A stretch of DNA of 64,000 nucleotides from positions 13,893-77,892 of the forward strand of contig WVZL01000032.1 of the NCBI GenBank assembly GCA_011772495.1. Reading direction: 5' to 3'. The DNA is from Candidatus Aminicenantes bacterium (GTDB lineage Bacteria > Acidobacteriota > Aminicenantia > Aminicenantales > Aminicenantaceae). The notes below the pieces were generated by a model. It worked only from the letters and a program-made list of their open reading frames with translations. It was not told where the DNA came from and ran no database searches. Both the position numbers and the translations under genes were made by a program. Shown here piece by piece: positions 18,935-29,317 of the stretch (within the stretch, counting starts at the first letter, position 1; the number at the start of each line of letters is the position of its first letter).

Positions 18935-21900
18935 ATGGAACTTTCCTTTATCCATCTTCATAACCATTCAGAGTTCAGCATCCTGGATGGAGCGCTTAAG
19001 ATCAAGGATTTGGTCGAGGCTGCCTATGAAAATAATATGCCAGCCGTGGCCCTGACTGACCATGGAAATATATTCGGGGCCGTGAGTTTCTTCAATGAAG
19101 CCAAGGTGAAAGGAATCAAGCCCATTCTCGGATGCGAGATGTATGTGGCTCCTAAAGGCCGTTTGGAAAAAAAGTTAAAGCAGTCAGAAGTTAGTCATTT
19201 TCACCTGCTGCTTTTGGTCAAAGATGAGAAAGGGTACAAAAACCTCTGTCAGCTCGTAACCAAGAGTTATTTAGAGGGCTTTTATTATAAACCTCGGATT
19301 GACAAGGAGCTCTTGGCCCAGCATTCGGAAGGACTTATCGGATTTTCCGCCTGTCTGAAGGGAGAAATCAGCTATTTCTTGAGCCAAGGTGCAGAAGACG
19401 AGGCAAAGAGGGCCGCCCTGGAGTACGGGGCCTTGTTCAATGATGATTTCTACATCGAGCTTCAAGACAATGGATTGGAAAAGCAGCAGGAGGTCAAGCC
19501 CTTGCTCATACAGCTAGCGCAAAAACTCAAGCTCCCTTTAGTGGCTACTAATGATACCCATTATCTCCACCGAGATGATGCGGAAAGCCACGATATCCTC
19601 CTCTGTATTCAAACCAATAAAAAGGTTAATGATCAGGATAGGATTCGTTTTGGAACAGATGAGTTCTACTTCAAGCCAGCAGCAGAAATGATAGATATAT
19701 TCAAGGACGTTCCTGAAGCTATCCAGAATACGGCCAAGATAGCGGCCAAATGCAATTTTGATTTCCCTGATTCAGGATATTTTTTGCCTCAATTCAAAGT
19801 TCCGGAGGATGGGTCTTTGGAGCAATATTTTGATGAGGTGGCCAAAGAAGGGTTAGAGATGCGCGCCCAGTTCCTGCACAAGAAAGAAGAAAAAAAGGAG
19901 CTGAGCCATCCTGTTCCCGAATACGCCGAGAGGCTCGAGAAGGAAGTGAAGCTCATCAAAGAAATGGAGTTCGAAGGCTATTTCTTGATAGTCTGGGATC
20001 TCATTCAGAAGGCCAAAGAAAACAATATTCCTGTGGGACCGGGAAGAGGCTCAGCTGCGGGGAGCTTGCTTGCTTATTGCCTAGGCATAACCGACATCGA
20101 CCCTATCGAATATGATCTTTTATTCGAAAGGTTCTTGAATCCAGAACGCATCAGCCTCCCTGATATTGATATTGATTTCTGCGGACGGAGAAGAGAAGAG
20201 GTTCTGGATTATGTGACCAAAAAGTATGGCCAAGAGAATGTTTGCCAGATCATCACCTTCGGCACCATGGCTGCCCGTCAGGCGGTCAGGGATGCGGGGC
20301 GGGCTTTAGAGGTGCCCCTTCCTGAAGTCGACCGGATAGCCAAGATGATTCCGCCTTTTGGTCCGGAGGCTTCCATCGAAGGCGCGTTGAACAAGATTCC
20401 CCAGCTGAAAGAGCTGAGAGACGGAAACCCGAAAATCGCTCACCTTCTCTCTGTAGCGCAAAAATTGGAGGGTCAGGTTCGACATCCTTCTATCCATGCC
20501 GCTGGGATCGTTATCACGCCCAAGCCTCTAGTGGAATTCATGCCTCTTTATCAATCGGCCAAGGGTGAGATTACCACCCAATTCCCGATGCAGGATATCG
20601 AGGCCATAGGTTTACTGAAAATGGATCTATTGGGTCTCCGCAACTTGACTGTCATCCAGGATACCACTGAACTGGTGAAAAAAGATGAAGGGGAAGAGAT
20701 CGACTTGAAGGAAATTCCCTTGGATGATCTAGAGACGTTCGAAGTTTTCAAATCAGGCAACACGGATGGGGTGTTTCAGTTTGAGAGCCCAGGCATGAAG
20801 GACCTGCTTCGTAATTTTAAGCCAGAAAGCTTCCGGGATTTGATCGCTTTGAATGCCCTTTATCGACCTGGTCCTTTAAAAAGCGGCATGACAGATGAAT
20901 TCATAAAGCGCAAACATCATCCCAATCGGCTCAATTATGAATGTCCTGAACTCGAGCCGATTCTAAAAGAGACACAGGGAATTATCGTTTACCAAGAACA
21001 GGTCATGGAGATAGCCACGGAACTGGCTGGATTTTCATTGGCTGAGGCAGATATATTACGAAAGGCCATGGGCAAAAAAGTGACACGCATAATGAAAGCG
21101 CAGAGGCAGAGGTTTATCCAAGGGGCTAAGAAGAAAGGTCTTAGCCAGGCAAAAGCGGATAAAATCTTCGAGCAAATCAAGTATTTTGCTGGGTATGGAT
21201 TCAACAAGTCTCACAGTGCCGCTTACGCTTATTTGGCTTACCAAACCGCGTATCTCAAAGCACATTTTCCGGTCTATTTTCTGGCGGCTCTTCTGACCTC
21301 TGAAGCAGAGAGGGGTGCGACTTCCCAAGTCGTCAAGTATATCAACGAGTGCCAGGGAATGGGAATCGAAGTCTTGGCTCCAGATATAAACGAGAGCGAT
21401 CTAAATTTCAGAGTGGAGGGTGGGAATATTCGATTTGGCCTTTCGGCCATCAAGAATGTGGGAGAGGGAGCGGTCAGGGAGTTGCTGAAGGCAAGAAAAA
21501 CAATAGGAAAATTCGAGACTCCTTTTGATATTTTCCAAGAAGTCAGCCCAACGACTGTTAACCGAAAAGTGATCGAAAGTTTGATCAAGGCTGGTGCCCT
21601 AGATTCTCTGGGATGGAGGAGGTCTCAATGCTTCCACCTGATCGACAATATGCTTGACTTTGCTCATGAGGTTCAAAAGATGAAATCTTCAAAGCAGAGT
21701 CTTCTTTTCGGTCAGGGTCGGGTCGAGCCGCCTTCTGTACCAGCGGAAATAAAACAGATGAGAGAGTGGGATGAATCTCTCTTGCTGTCCTATGAAAAAG
21801 ATGCCCTGGGATTCTATATCACCGGGCATCCTCTGGCCCAATTTGGAAAACGTTTGAATAAACTCGTTTCTCATTCCCTCAACGAGTTGGATGAAGAACG

Positions 21901-22411
21901 GGACTTTAACAGTGAGGTCCGGGTGGCTGGAATCATCGCCTCCCTAAAAGCCCTCAAGACCAAAAAAGATGAACGAATGGCCACTTTCTTCTTGGAAGAT
22001 TTAAGTGGTCGGATAGAGGTGGTGGCTTTCCCTGATAGTTACAAGAGGTACTTTGATTATCTGGGAGAAGGCCAGCTCGTGTGGGTTAAAGGCCGGTTCA
22101 TGGGAGAAGGAGAAAACCGCCGGATTCATCTGGTCCAGATCATGCCCTTAGCTGACGCTTTGCAGAAACAGGCCAAAAGAGTGATCTTAAGCATTTTCCT
22201 CCCTGGGTTGGAAGAATCGGTTTTTACAGATTTGAAGGAAATGCTGGATAAGCATCCAGGAAACTGTCCGGTGCTTTTTGAGTTAGAAACCCCTCATTCC
22301 TATCGAATGATCGCACAGTCCATAGAGATTCAGGGAGTGACCCCGTCCGAAGACCTGACCAGAAGTATCGAGAGCTTGCTCGGCGAGGGTTCGATTTTGA
22401 TTGAATACTAA
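18935..22411 (+). CDS. dnaE: DNA polymerase III alpha subunit
   Basis: PHP domain HLHNHSEFSILDG, GPGRGSAAGS, PDIDIDF, YGFNKSH, C-terminal OB fold. Confidence 0.99.
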   Translation: MELSFIHLHNHSEFSILDGALKIKDLVEAAYENNMPAVALTDHGNIFGAVSFFNEAKVKGIKPILGCEMYVAPKGRLEKKLKQSEVSHFHLLLLVKDEKGYKNLCQLVTKSYLEGFYYKPRIDKELLAQHSEGLIGFSACLKGEISYFLSQGAEDEAKRAALEYGALFNDDFYIELQDNGLEKQQEVKPLLIQLAQKLKLPLVATNDTHYLHRDDAESHDILLCIQTNKKVNDQDRIRFGTDEFYFKPAAEMIDIFKDVPEAIQNTAKIAAKCNFDFPDSGYFLPQFKVPEDGSLEQYFDEVAKEGLEMRAQFLHKKEEKKELSHPVPEYAERLEKEVKLIKEMEFEGYFLIVWDLIQKAKENNIPVGPGRGSAAGSLLAYCLGITDIDPIEYDLLFERFLNPERISLPDIDIDFCGRRREEVLDYVTKKYGQENVCQIITFGTMAARQAVRDAGRALEVPLPEVDRIAKMIPPFGPEASIEGALNKIPQLKELRDGNPKIAHLLSVAQKLEGQVRHPSIHAAGIVITPKPLVEFMPLYQSAKGEITTQFPMQDIEAIGLLKMDLLGLRNLTVIQDTTELVKKDEGEEIDLKEIPLDDLETFEVFKSGNTDGVFQFESPGMKDLLRNFKPESFRDLIALNALYRPGPLKSGMTDEFIKRKHHPNRLNYECPELEPILKETQGIIVYQEQVMEIATELAGFSLAEADILRKAMGKKVTRIMKAQRQRFIQGAKKKGLSQAKADKIFEQIKYFAGYGFNKSHSAAYAYLAYQTAYLKAHFPVYFLAALLTSEAERGATSQVVKYINECQGMGIEVLAPDINESDLNFRVEGGNIRFGLSAIKNVGEGAVRELLKARKTIGKFETPFDIFQEVSPTTVNRKVIESLIKAGALDSLGWRRSQCFHLIDNMLDFAHEVQKMKSSKQSLLFGQGRVEPPSVPAEIKQMREWDESLLLSYEKDALGFYITGHPLAQFGKRLNKLVSHSLNELDEERDFNSEVRVAGIIASLKALKTKKDERMATFFLEDLSGRIEVVAFPDSYKRYFDYLGEGQLVWVKGRFMGEGENRRIHLVQIMPLADALQKQAKRVILSIFLPGLEESVFTDLKEMLDKHPGNCPVLFELETPHSYRMIAQSIEIQGVTPSEDLTRSIESLLGEGSILIEY

Positions 22412-22482
22412 AGGGTGTTCATCATTTTGTTTATTCCACCAAAGCGAGATTTGATAAACTTCAAAATAGGATTGGGGACTCT

Positions 22483-23694
22483 GTGAAAATACTACTGACC
22501 TGCAAGCAATTTCCTCATTCTAGAGTCATAGGCGGGCCCATCATTATCTATAATCGTCTCAAGTACCTATCCCAAAGACACCTGGTTTCTCTGGCTGCTT
22601 TTGCCTGCGAAGAAGACAAAGAGTACATCTCTTCGGTCAAGCCTTTCTGTCATGATCTCCAGCTTGTCCCTTATCCTCGGAAACACTCTTTTTTGAAAAT
22701 CGCTTGGGATTTTTTCGCCTCTCCTGTTCCTCCCTATTTCCGCCAAACCTACGACTCTCCAGAGATGTCGAGAGTGATTGGAGAGATGGTCCAGAAGGAC
22801 AGGTATGATTTCGTCATTGCCGAGTATTCGGTGATGGGACAATTCATCCATAATAATCCTACGCTTCCTCCAGTCCGAAGGGTTATCTCGGTTCATGAAA
22901 GCTATTATCTCGCGCGGAAGAAAGCCTTCCGTCATCATAGGTTGGGTCTCAAAAAGCTGAGAGAGGCAGTCAACCTCAAAGGGCTGAAGAAATATGAATT
23001 TGATATGTACCACCAGGCGGATAAAGTCTTGACTCTCACCCCCGAAGGGAAGGAAGAGCTGTTAGAAATTTGTCCAGAGCTGGATATCTCTATCGTTCCT
23101 CACGGAGTTGACGTCGATTATTTTGCCTTCTTAGACTCCAAGGATGCTGAAGAGAGCATTGTCTTCATCGGGAATTATCTACATTATCCCAATGTCAATG
23201 CCGTCTTGTATTTTCATCGTGAGATCTGGCCTCGTCTGAAAAATCTCTTGCCCAAGATAAAATTCTATGTCGTCGGCCAAGCCCCTCCGGTGGAGATCCA
23301 AAAGCTTGCTCGAGATGAGTCCATCGTCGTGACCGGGCGGGTAGATGATGTGCGCCCTTACATAAAGAAAGGACGGGTGTTCATTTGTCCGGTGGACTTG
23401 GGCGGCGGCTTCCGAGGAAAGATCCTCGAGGCTATGGCCATGGGCCGTCCAGTGGTTTCCACTTCCTTGGGAGCAGAAGGGATTCCTGTTCAAGATAGAG
23501 AGAATATCATTATTGGCGATGACCCGGAGAAATTTGCCCAGGGCGTTGTTGAGCTGATGAAGGACGAGGCGCTTTTTCGAAGGATAGCCAAGAAAGGCCG
23601 CCAGCTCATGGAGGAGAAGTATGCTTGGGAGAAAGGAGTAGAAGTCATGGAGGGCATTCTTGCAGGAATGATGTCTGAGACGCCCTCGAATTGA
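22483..23694 (+). CDS. Glycosyltransferase family 4 (GT-B)
   Basis: VPHGVD, GFRGKILEAMAMGRPVVST..GAEG. Confidence 0.88.
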   Translation: MKILLTCKQFPHSRVIGGPIIIYNRLKYLSQRHLVSLAAFACEEDKEYISSVKPFCHDLQLVPYPRKHSFLKIAWDFFASPVPPYFRQTYDSPEMSRVIGEMVQKDRYDFVIAEYSVMGQFIHNNPTLPPVRRVISVHESYYLARKKAFRHHRLGLKKLREAVNLKGLKKYEFDMYHQADKVLTLTPEGKEELLEICPELDISIVPHGVDVDYFAFLDSKDAEESIVFIGNYLHYPNVNAVLYFHREIWPRLKNLLPKIKFYVVGQAPPVEIQKLARDESIVVTGRVDDVRPYIKKGRVFICPVDLGGGFRGKILEAMAMGRPVVSTSLGAEGIPVQDRENIIIGDDPEKFAQGVVELMKDEALFRRIAKKGRQLMEEKYAWEKGVEVMEGILAGMMSETPSN

Positions 23695-23711
23695 TGATTT
23701 GAAGAGGAGAG

Positions 23712-24944
23712 GTGACTATGAAGACAACCATGGTTATCCCCAGTTACTGGGGAAGGAAAAGAGAAGAACGAGCTAGAAAAGCCGATGCAGTTTATGATCA
23801 CCCGACTCCCTTAGATGAAGAGGGAACACTGGGCCGAATCCTGGACAGCCTGTCTATTCTAAAGAACAAAGATTTTTCTCTAGTGGTCATTGGTGTGTCA
23901 GTTGCCCCAGATATTGAAAGAGAAGTCGAGGCCAAGGTTTCCTCGATTGTTAAAGAAACACAGCCTGAGATGAAGACGCTTTTCTTTTCCTACGCTCATC
24001 TAGAGAAGATACACAGCTATTTAAAAGACCAGGGAAAGGAGGACTTTATCTCTCTTTTACAGCTCAAGGGATACCCCAGCATCCGCAACCTCTGTATCTT
24101 TCTTCCGCATCTCTTGGGTTCAGAAGTAGCAGTCCTGATAGACGATGATGAGATTTTCGAAGACGAAAGATACGTGGATAAAGCCTTAGAATTCATCGGT
24201 CAAGAGCATAACGGAAAAAAAGTCTTAGCAGTAGCTGGATACTATTTAAACCCGGACAATGATTTCTTCCTCCATAAGGAAGCATTACCCTGGATGACCT
24301 ACTGGAACAAGATTGATTGTATTAACCGCGCCTTTGAAGAGATTATAAACAAAAGACCCAGGCTCAAGGAAACTCCGTTTGTCTTCGGTGGAAATGCAGT
24401 CCTCCACCGAGACCTGTTCTCGCAGGTTCCGTTCGATCCTTTAGTGGGTCGAGGTGAAGATATTGATTTCCTGATTAATGCCAAAATGTTCGGCTTCCCC
24501 TTCTTCTTGGATAATGAGCTTTCTATCAAACATGCTGCTCCTCCCAAAACCCACCCCAAATGGAAACAAGTCCGGGAAGATATTTTCCGTTTCGTGTATG
24601 ACCGGAGCAAGCTCCTGACCCAAAAACCGGCTCCCAACATGGTTCATGTATCGGCTGAAGAACTCGACCCTTACCCTGGAGAATTCCTCAAAGAAGATCT
24701 AGAAGAGCGGATCTTTCGTTCGAATCAAATGCTGGCGCTGGATTACCTTTCCCAGGGAGATAAAAAGGGAGCCCAGGAATGCCTGAACAACATCTTCCTG
24801 GCCAACACAGAGGCCTGGCCGAAAAAAGACCCCTTCCAGCATCTTCTTGAGCTTCAGGCCCTCTGGAAGAGCCTGATGGATTATTTTTCTTCAGAAAAAG
24901 TGGCTCGAGAAGTCAGCAGCTTGATCCAATTTCCTCTAGAATAA
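23712..24944 (+). CDS. Putative GT-A fold glycosyltransferase of unknown specificity
   Basis: VIPSYW start, SIRN, LIDDDE (DxD-like), FGGN, RGEDIDF. Confidence 0.65.
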   Translation: MTMKTTMVIPSYWGRKREERARKADAVYDHPTPLDEEGTLGRILDSLSILKNKDFSLVVIGVSVAPDIEREVEAKVSSIVKETQPEMKTLFFSYAHLEKIHSYLKDQGKEDFISLLQLKGYPSIRNLCIFLPHLLGSEVAVLIDDDEIFEDERYVDKALEFIGQEHNGKKVLAVAGYYLNPDNDFFLHKEALPWMTYWNKIDCINRAFEEIINKRPRLKETPFVFGGNAVLHRDLFSQVPFDPLVGRGEDIDFLINAKMFGFPFFLDNELSIKHAAPPKTHPKWKQVREDIFRFVYDRSKLLTQKPAPNMVHVSAEELDPYPGEFLKEDLEERIFRSNQMLALDYLSQGDKKGAQECLNNIFLANTEAWPKKDPFQHLLELQALWKSLMDYFSSEKVAREVSSLIQFPLE

Positions 24945-24961
24945 AAAGAAATAAAAAGGAA

Positions 24962-25042
24962 GGGGTCAGGTCTTGACTTTCAACATTTTCAGGAAAATAT
25001 TTGATTTAGATAGCAATATATTAAAAGTCAAGACCTGACCCC
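24962..25042. repeat. 81-bp MITE/REP-like element, family GGGGTCAGGTCTTGAC
   Basis: Perfect 19-bp inverted repeat GGGGTCAGGTCTTGACTTT (24962-24980) / AAAGTCAAGACCTGACCCC (25024-25042). Confidence 0.85.
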
Positions 25043-25113
25043 ATATGAAAACTTTCCCCTTCCTTAAAAAATTGTTAAAATAGGCAGGATACATGAAATG
25101 GAAATAGAGAAGA

Positions 25114-27744
25114 ATGAAGACTAAGCCTGTTTTGGAGAAAGCCTACAACCCGAAACCCGTGGAGGAGAAGTGGAATAAGTTTTGGGAAGATGAAGGAGTC
25201 TTTATAGCCCAGGCCGCTTCTGCGAAAGAGAAGTTTTCTATTGCCCTTCCTCCTCCTAATGTAACAGGAAGGCTTCACATTGGCCACGCCCTTTGTTTCA
25301 CTCTTCCTGATATTGTTGTCCGCTGGAGGAGGATGCAGGGGCACAACACCCTTTGGCTTCCTGGTACTGATCATGCCAGCATAGCTGTCCATAATGTGGT
25401 GGAACAGAGTTTGGCTGAGAAGGGTCTAAGCCGGGAACAGATTGGTCGAGAGAAGTTCCTTGAGGTTGCTTGGGAATGGAAGCAAAAACACGGCACTATC
25501 ATCATCAACCAGCTCAAAAAACTCGGGGCCTCCTTAGACTGGACCAGGGAGAGGTTTACCCTGGATGATGGTTATCGCCAAGCTGTCAGGCGTGTTTTTG
25601 TAGACCTTTATGAAGAAGGTCTCATCTATAGAGATTATTATTTGGTTAACCGCTGCCCCCACTGCGGAACAGTTCTCTCCGATATTGAAGTGGAACACCA
25701 AGAGTTAAAAGGGAAACTCTATTACATCAAGTATCCCCTTGAGGGCTCAGAGGATTTTGTTGAGGTTGCCACCACCAGGCCGGAGACGATGCTGGGCGAT
25801 ACAGGAGTAGCTGTTCATCCTGAAGATGAACGTTATGCCAAGATTCAAGGGAAAAAAGTCAGCTTGCCACTAACTAATAGAGTCATCCCGATCATTCTTG
25901 ATGATATGGTCGATATGGAATTCGGTACCGGAGCGGTTAAGGTCACGCCTGCCCATGATCCTGTTGATTATGAGTTGGGAAAGAAGCACAACCTGGAACA
26001 GATCATCGTTATCGACGGCTCAGGGAAAATGACCGAGGAGGCCGGTGAGGAATTCAAGGGCTTGGACAGGTTTGAATGTCGGGAAAAAGTCCTCAAAATG
26101 CTGAAAGAGGCGGGATTGCTCGATAAAGTCGAAGACTATCAGCATGCGGTGGGACATTGTTACCGATGCCGAACCATCATCGAACCGAATCTTTCCTGGC
26201 AGTGGTTCGTTAAGGTCGAGCCTCTAGCCAAGGAAGCTATCAGGGTCGTAGAAGAAGGAGATATTCAGTTCATTCCTCCTAACTGGGAGAAGACCTATTT
26301 CGAGTGGATGTATAATATTCATGATTGGTGCATTTCCCGCCAGCTCTGGTGGGGGCACAGGATTCCTGCCTGGTATTGTCAAGATTGCGAAGAGATGATT
26401 GTCGGCCTGGAGGATCCGCAAAAGTGCGGAAAATGTCAGAGTTCGCGCCTGTTGCAGGAAGAAGATGTTCTGGACACCTGGTTCAGCTCTGCTCTTTGGC
26501 CTTTTGCTACCCTTGGTTGGCCAGGGGAAACCGAAGACCTGAAGGTCTTCTACCCCACGGATCTTATGTCCACTGGGTTCGACATCATCTTTTTCTGGGT
26601 GGCCCGGATGATCATGATGGGACTCAAGTTTGCCAAGGATATTCCTTTTAAACATGTCTTCATCAATGGTTTAGTCCGAGATTTCAGAAGGCGGAAGATG
26701 AGCAAATCCGAGGGAAATGTTATCGATCCCTTGGACATGATAGACAAATACGGGACTGACGCTCTGAGATTCACCCTGGCTGCTTTGGCTATACCGGGCA
26801 TGGATCTTTCTCTTTCTGAAGAGAGGATGGCTGGCTACCGAGCTTTTGCCAATAAGATCTGGAACGCTTCCCGTTTTGTGCTGATGAATATCGATGCTCA
26901 TGATATTGAGATCAAGGAGAAGGAATTGACGCTGGCCGATAGGTGGATTCGGAGCCGCACCGATAGAATGATCGAAGAATTGAGTAAGGCCTTGGAAGAG
27001 TATAAATTTTACGAAGCAGCCGATAAGATCTACCACTTTATCTGGCATGAATTCTGTGATTGGTACATCGAATTGGTCAAACCGGCCCTGAAGGAGAAGA
27101 ACAAAACATCCCAGGCCGTTCTCGTCGAATCCTTGGACTTGATCCTGAAGCTTCTCCACCCCTTCATGCCTTTCATCACCGAGGAGATTTGGCAGCATCT
27201 TCCCTCAGCCCAGAAATCACTGGCCGTGGCTCCTTTTCCTGAATCAAATAAGTCTCTCAGGGATGAAAAAGCAGAGGGAGAGATGGAGCTTCTCCAGCAA
27301 GCCATCGTTGAAGTCAGGACTATTCGTGCCGAGAACAGGATCCCTCCCCGGGCTAAGGTTGAACTCTGGATGAAGGTGAAGAACAGCGAGGAGAAGTCGA
27401 TGATCGAGGCTCATCGAATTTATTTCCAGACACTGGCGAATGTCCAGAACATAGAATTTATTGATAAATTTCCTCCAGAGAAGAGGCTCCTGAAGGGAGT
27501 TGTTGGTTCTTGGGAGATGGCCCTTTCCCTGGAAGGCGTTTTGAATCTAGAGCAGGAGAAAATGAGGCTGGAAAGAGAAATCTCGAAACTGTCATTGGAT
27601 ACAGAAAAACTCGAGAAGCGGCTGAAGAATAAGAATTTCATCGACCGGGCTCCTGAGAATGTCGTCCGGGAAACAAAAGAGAAGCTCAAGTCGCTCCAGA
27701 ATCGAAAGGCAAAACTTGAGGAAAGCTTAAAGAATATATCCTGA
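25114..27744 (+). CDS. valS: Valine--tRNA ligase
   Basis: PPPNVTGRLHIGH, WCISRQLWWGH, KMSKS, C-terminal coiled coil. Confidence 0.99.
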   Translation: MKTKPVLEKAYNPKPVEEKWNKFWEDEGVFIAQAASAKEKFSIALPPPNVTGRLHIGHALCFTLPDIVVRWRRMQGHNTLWLPGTDHASIAVHNVVEQSLAEKGLSREQIGREKFLEVAWEWKQKHGTIIINQLKKLGASLDWTRERFTLDDGYRQAVRRVFVDLYEEGLIYRDYYLVNRCPHCGTVLSDIEVEHQELKGKLYYIKYPLEGSEDFVEVATTRPETMLGDTGVAVHPEDERYAKIQGKKVSLPLTNRVIPIILDDMVDMEFGTGAVKVTPAHDPVDYELGKKHNLEQIIVIDGSGKMTEEAGEEFKGLDRFECREKVLKMLKEAGLLDKVEDYQHAVGHCYRCRTIIEPNLSWQWFVKVEPLAKEAIRVVEEGDIQFIPPNWEKTYFEWMYNIHDWCISRQLWWGHRIPAWYCQDCEEMIVGLEDPQKCGKCQSSRLLQEEDVLDTWFSSALWPFATLGWPGETEDLKVFYPTDLMSTGFDIIFFWVARMIMMGLKFAKDIPFKHVFINGLVRDFRRRKMSKSEGNVIDPLDMIDKYGTDALRFTLAALAIPGMDLSLSEERMAGYRAFANKIWNASRFVLMNIDAHDIEIKEKELTLADRWIRSRTDRMIEELSKALEEYKFYEAADKIYHFIWHEFCDWYIELVKPALKEKNKTSQAVLVESLDLILKLLHPFMPFITEEIWQHLPSAQKSLAVAPFPESNKSLRDEKAEGEMELLQQAIVEVRTIRAENRIPPRAKVELWMKVKNSEEKSMIEAHRIYFQTLANVQNIEFIDKFPPEKRLLKGVVGSWEMALSLEGVLNLEQEKMRLEREISKLSLDTEKLEKRLKNKNFIDRAPENVVRETKEKLKSLQNRKAKLEESLKNIS

Positions 27745-27784
27745 GCATGAATGCGGGAAAATTCCCCCTTCTTCTTTTGCTATC

Positions 27785-28531
27785 ATGAAGATTGGAACCA
27801 TAGTTCACCGAGTTGTCAGTTGTTCGTCTACGAATGACCTGGCAAAAAAAAAGGCCGAGAAAGGCGTAGCAGAAGGCACGGTCATCATTGCTGAGGAACA
27901 GACTAAAGGGAAAGGCACCAAGGGGCGAAACTGGTACTCAGCCAAAAACATGGGACTTTATGCCTCGGCAATCCTCTATCCTGAGAATCCCGATATATCT
28001 CTCCTGCCTCTTATGGCAGGCCTCGCCGTAAAAGAAGCCATAGCCGAATCATTGAGCGTTTCGGTTGGCTTGCGGTGGCCAAATGATCTCCTTTGGGAGG
28101 AGAAAAAATTGGGTGGTATTCTGTGCGAGAGTGATTTTGTCGGGAATCGGCTGAATTATGTCATCTTGGGAATCGGGCTCAATCTCTATCATGACCCCGA
28201 GGATTTTCCCGAAGAGATTCGGCCCCTGGCCGCATCTCTCAAGATGGTTACCGACCTAGAGATCAACGAGGAACGGCTTCTTCGAAGCCTTTGGAAAAGT
28301 TTGAGTCGATGGTACCGGCTTTTTTCTCAGGGTCAAAGCATAAAAATAGCTCATTCTTATGAGAGAAATTCACTTCTCAGGCCAGGACAAAAGCTCAAGC
28401 TGGAGAATGAAAAAGGAGAATTTACTGGTGTTTACAGGGGAATCGATCAGCGGGGAGGTTTGATCCTGGAAGAAAAAGGAATCAGAAAATCTTATTTCTC
28501 GGCTCAGATTAAAGCCATAATCCATGCATAA
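27785..28531 (+). CDS. birA: Biotin-protein ligase (no N-terminal HTH)
   Basis: SSTND, AEEQTKGKGTKGRNW, RWPNDL, KKLGGILCE, GIGLN; adjacent to coaX. Confidence 0.9.
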   Translation: MKIGTIVHRVVSCSSTNDLAKKKAEKGVAEGTVIIAEEQTKGKGTKGRNWYSAKNMGLYASAILYPENPDISLLPLMAGLAVKEAIAESLSVSVGLRWPNDLLWEEKKLGGILCESDFVGNRLNYVILGIGLNLYHDPEDFPEEIRPLAASLKMVTDLEINEERLLRSLWKSLSRWYRLFSQGQSIKIAHSYERNSLLRPGQKLKLENEKGEFTGVYRGIDQRGGLILEEKGIRKSYFSAQIKAIIHA

Positions 28532-28543
28532 AGGAGAGGGAAA

Positions 28544-29308
28544 ATGCTTCTGGCAGTGGACATAGGCAACACGAATACAGCGCTTGGCATTTTTTTAGAA
28601 AAGAAATTGATCGAGGATTGGAAAATTCGGACAGAAAGAGAGAGAACAAGCGATGAGTATGCTCTGACGCTTTTGAGTTTGCTGAATTCTTCGGGAATAG
28701 AAACAGCAGAAATCAAGTCAGCCATCATATCGAGTGTTGTTCCTCCTTTAACTCCTGTGTTCCAGAATTTATGCCAGAAACTTTTTAAATTAAAGCCTCT
28801 AGTCGTAGGTCCAGGATTAAAGACAGGAATGTCCATTCTGTATGACAACCCCCTGGAGGTTGGAGCAGATAGAGTTGTGGTTGCGGTGGCTGCCTTTGAG
28901 AAGTATGGAGGGCCTTGTGTGGTGGTCGATTTTGGAACAGCCACCACTTTCGATGCCATCTCTTCCCAAGGGGAGTATTTAGGAGGAGCCATTGCTCCTG
29001 GAATTCAGATTTCTGCTGAAGCTCTTTTCCTTAAAACCGCTAAATTGCCCAGGATTGAAATACGGAAACCCAAGAAAGCCATAGGCCGTTCAACCGTGGC
29101 TAGCATGCAATCCGGGCTCTTTTTTGGCTATGTGGGTCTGATCTCGAATATCATCAGGAAGATTAAAGCAGAACTCGGCAGAAAAGCGAAAGTCATTTCG
29201 ACCGGAGGATTTGCTGCCCAAATTTCACCCGAAATAAAATCCATTGATGTTCATGAGCCTCATCTCACTCTGGAAGGCCTGAGAATCATCCAGGAGAGGA
29301 ATCAATAA
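28544..29308 (+). CDS. coaX: Type III pantothenate kinase
   Basis: AVDIGNTN, SSVVP, GADR, VDFGTATT, GGAIAPG. Confidence 0.97.
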   Translation: MLLAVDIGNTNTALGIFLEKKLIEDWKIRTERERTSDEYALTLLSLLNSSGIETAEIKSAIISSVVPPLTPVFQNLCQKLFKLKPLVVGPGLKTGMSILYDNPLEVGADRVVVAVAAFEKYGGPCVVVDFGTATTFDAISSQGEYLGGAIAPGIQISAEALFLKTAKLPRIEIRKPKKAIGRSTVASMQSGLFFGYVGLISNIIRKIKAELGRKAKVISTGGFAAQISPEIKSIDVHEPHLTLEGLRIIQERNQ

Positions 29309-29317
29309 TATGGGAAA

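Noticed and set aside
18935..22411. Intein or split in dnaE (also checked polA)
   Set aside because: Lengths and motif spacing are ordinary, with no splice-junction motifs.
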